Shown here: piece after piece, positions 62,701-64,000 of the stretch | Layout: every line of letters begins with the position of its first letter | Numbering within the stretch: the first letter of the stretch is position 1 | DNA from: Lama guanicoe | Lineage: Eukaryota | Assembly: GCA_013239625.1 (NCBI GenBank) | Contig: MU053493.1 | Span: forward strand, 1,559,793 to 1,623,792 | DNA: 64,000 bases | Reading direction: 5' to 3' | Program-made: the position numbers and the translations under genes | Notes under the pieces: generated by a model | Databases searched by the model: none | Told to the model about the DNA's origin: nothing | What the model saw: only the letters and a program-made list of their open reading frames with translations

Positions 62701-63448
62701 GTAAGCACAGGACTGGGGAAGCTCGGGTGCAGGGCTCTGCTTCCTGGGGCCTCCAGTTCCTCTCCTGCTGAGGCTGGATGGACGAGGTCACATGGGAATG
62801 GCCACTGAATCTGTGTTCCCCAAGAGAACGAGCCCTGTGTAGCCGGCCATCCCCAGGCTCCAACATCTAAGCGCAGGTGTCAGGGATCCAGGGCTTGGCA
62901 TCCTTCTCCATCACCTGCAGAGCGTGCCTCTTCCGGAGAGCCTCAGGCAATGCTGGAGTTCCTGGCGGGGGGCGGAGGGGGCAGGGTTACACCTGTAAGG
63001 CTTTATCAGAGGATATTTCCACGATTAGTCCAAACCTCAGGGAAAAGATCGGTTGACCGTGGAGGGAGATGGAGATTTCTTCTCACTGCCAGTGGGAGCC
63101 AGGAACTGGGTTCTGGAAGGCAGTTGCAGTGGTGTGTGCCCAGGCAACACAGCCACCCTGGGGGCTCCATCCTAAGGAAGTAATCCGGGAAGGTCAGCCA
63201 AAATTTACAGAGCATTGTTTACTAGAGTGAGACACAGGGAAAAATCCAAATGCCCCAAATAGAGGATTGGGGGCATAAATCATGGTCTCTCCACAGGATG
63301 AAATATGTTGTAGTCACTTTTTAAATGACAGGAAAAGAATGAGTAACAACAATGTGCAGAATGATTCTGTTTTCCGTTACATACAAACACATCTAATTTA
63401 TTCACAGGAAAAAGCATAGAAATACACCGAAATGCTGGCCATTATTTT

Positions 63449-63584
63449 TTTTAATAATTTTGTGGTTTTGGGGGGGGGATAATTAAGTTTTTTTTTTAAT
63501 TTTAATGGAGGTACTGGGGATCGAACCCAGGACCTTGTGCATGCTAATCATGTGCTCTATCACTGAGCTGTACCCTCCCCACCT
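63449..63584 (-). mobile_element. Vic-1-type SINE in TRPM1 intron
   Basis: ggggatcgaacccaggaccttgtgcatgctaatcatgtgctctatcactgagctgtaccc; TSD tggcc(a/c)ttatttt. Confidence 0.9.
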
Positions 63585-64000
63585 TGGCCCTTATTTTAGA
63601 TAAAGGCCAAATATGTATGATGTTTATTTATTCCTTTACACATTTCTTCTTTTTCTTTTACTTTAACAATACTCTATAACAAATACATTTCCCTTTTGTT
63701 ACCAGAAATTGTATCTTTTTTTTTTAAACTTTAGCAAATATGAGCAGAAATAGTGGGAAGGTGGGAAAAGATGGAACTAGTCACAGGAATTATTCCCAGT
63801 GGACCAGGGATGGGAGATGAGAGTAAAGGAGGGGAGAGAGACGGGGAGAAAAAAGACCAGGCAGATGTGCTTTGTCTGAATGAAATATTTAAGGAGGAAC
63901 TAAGACGGGAGATCGGCTTCTGTGGGAGTGGACCTGAACAATATTGGTTTGACTTTTGGGAAGGGTTGTTTTTGGGAATGTTCACCAAATACCATTTTGC

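Noticed and set aside
1..64000. CRISPR array, operon or prokaryote-type defence system; miR-211
   Set aside because: Mammalian DNA with no repeat-spacer array or gene cluster; miR-211 lies in a more downstream TRPM1 intron outside this window

Overview
Mammalian genomic DNA, most likely a camelid (alpaca, llama or camel). The evidence is 11 copies of a tRNA-Ala-derived Vic-1-type SINE and no Alu, B1, Bov-A or PRE1 SINEs that I could recognise. The window covers the 5' end of TRPM1 on the + strand. A 72-nt first coding exon missed by the ORF track (33635-33706, MGSLRKMSSFKRGSLKSSTSGSQK|gtgagt) lies behind an OTX2/CRX-type promoter (retinal isoform). About 29 kb downstream, a short non-coding first exon (ends 62700) lies behind a cluster of five MITF-type E-boxes (melanocyte/RPE isoform). 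Everything upstream of about 33.3 kb is intergenic. It holds a deeply nested transposon pile (hAT > MER58A > near full-length L1 > EIF1 retrocopy, solo LTR and micro-L1), a 5'-truncated but frame-intact retrocopy of a highly divergent ferritin-domain (FTDC-like) gene, a CCAAT/octamer-rich solo LTR, and several motif-dense candidate enhancers. Nearly all listed ORFs are chance or repeat-derived. I found no evidence of a new multi-gene system. The most novel-looking items are the ferritin-like retrocopy and the TE-derived or candidate regulatory elements around TRPM1. Gene and repeat-family names come from recalled sequences, not database searches, and old-repeat boundaries are approximate.
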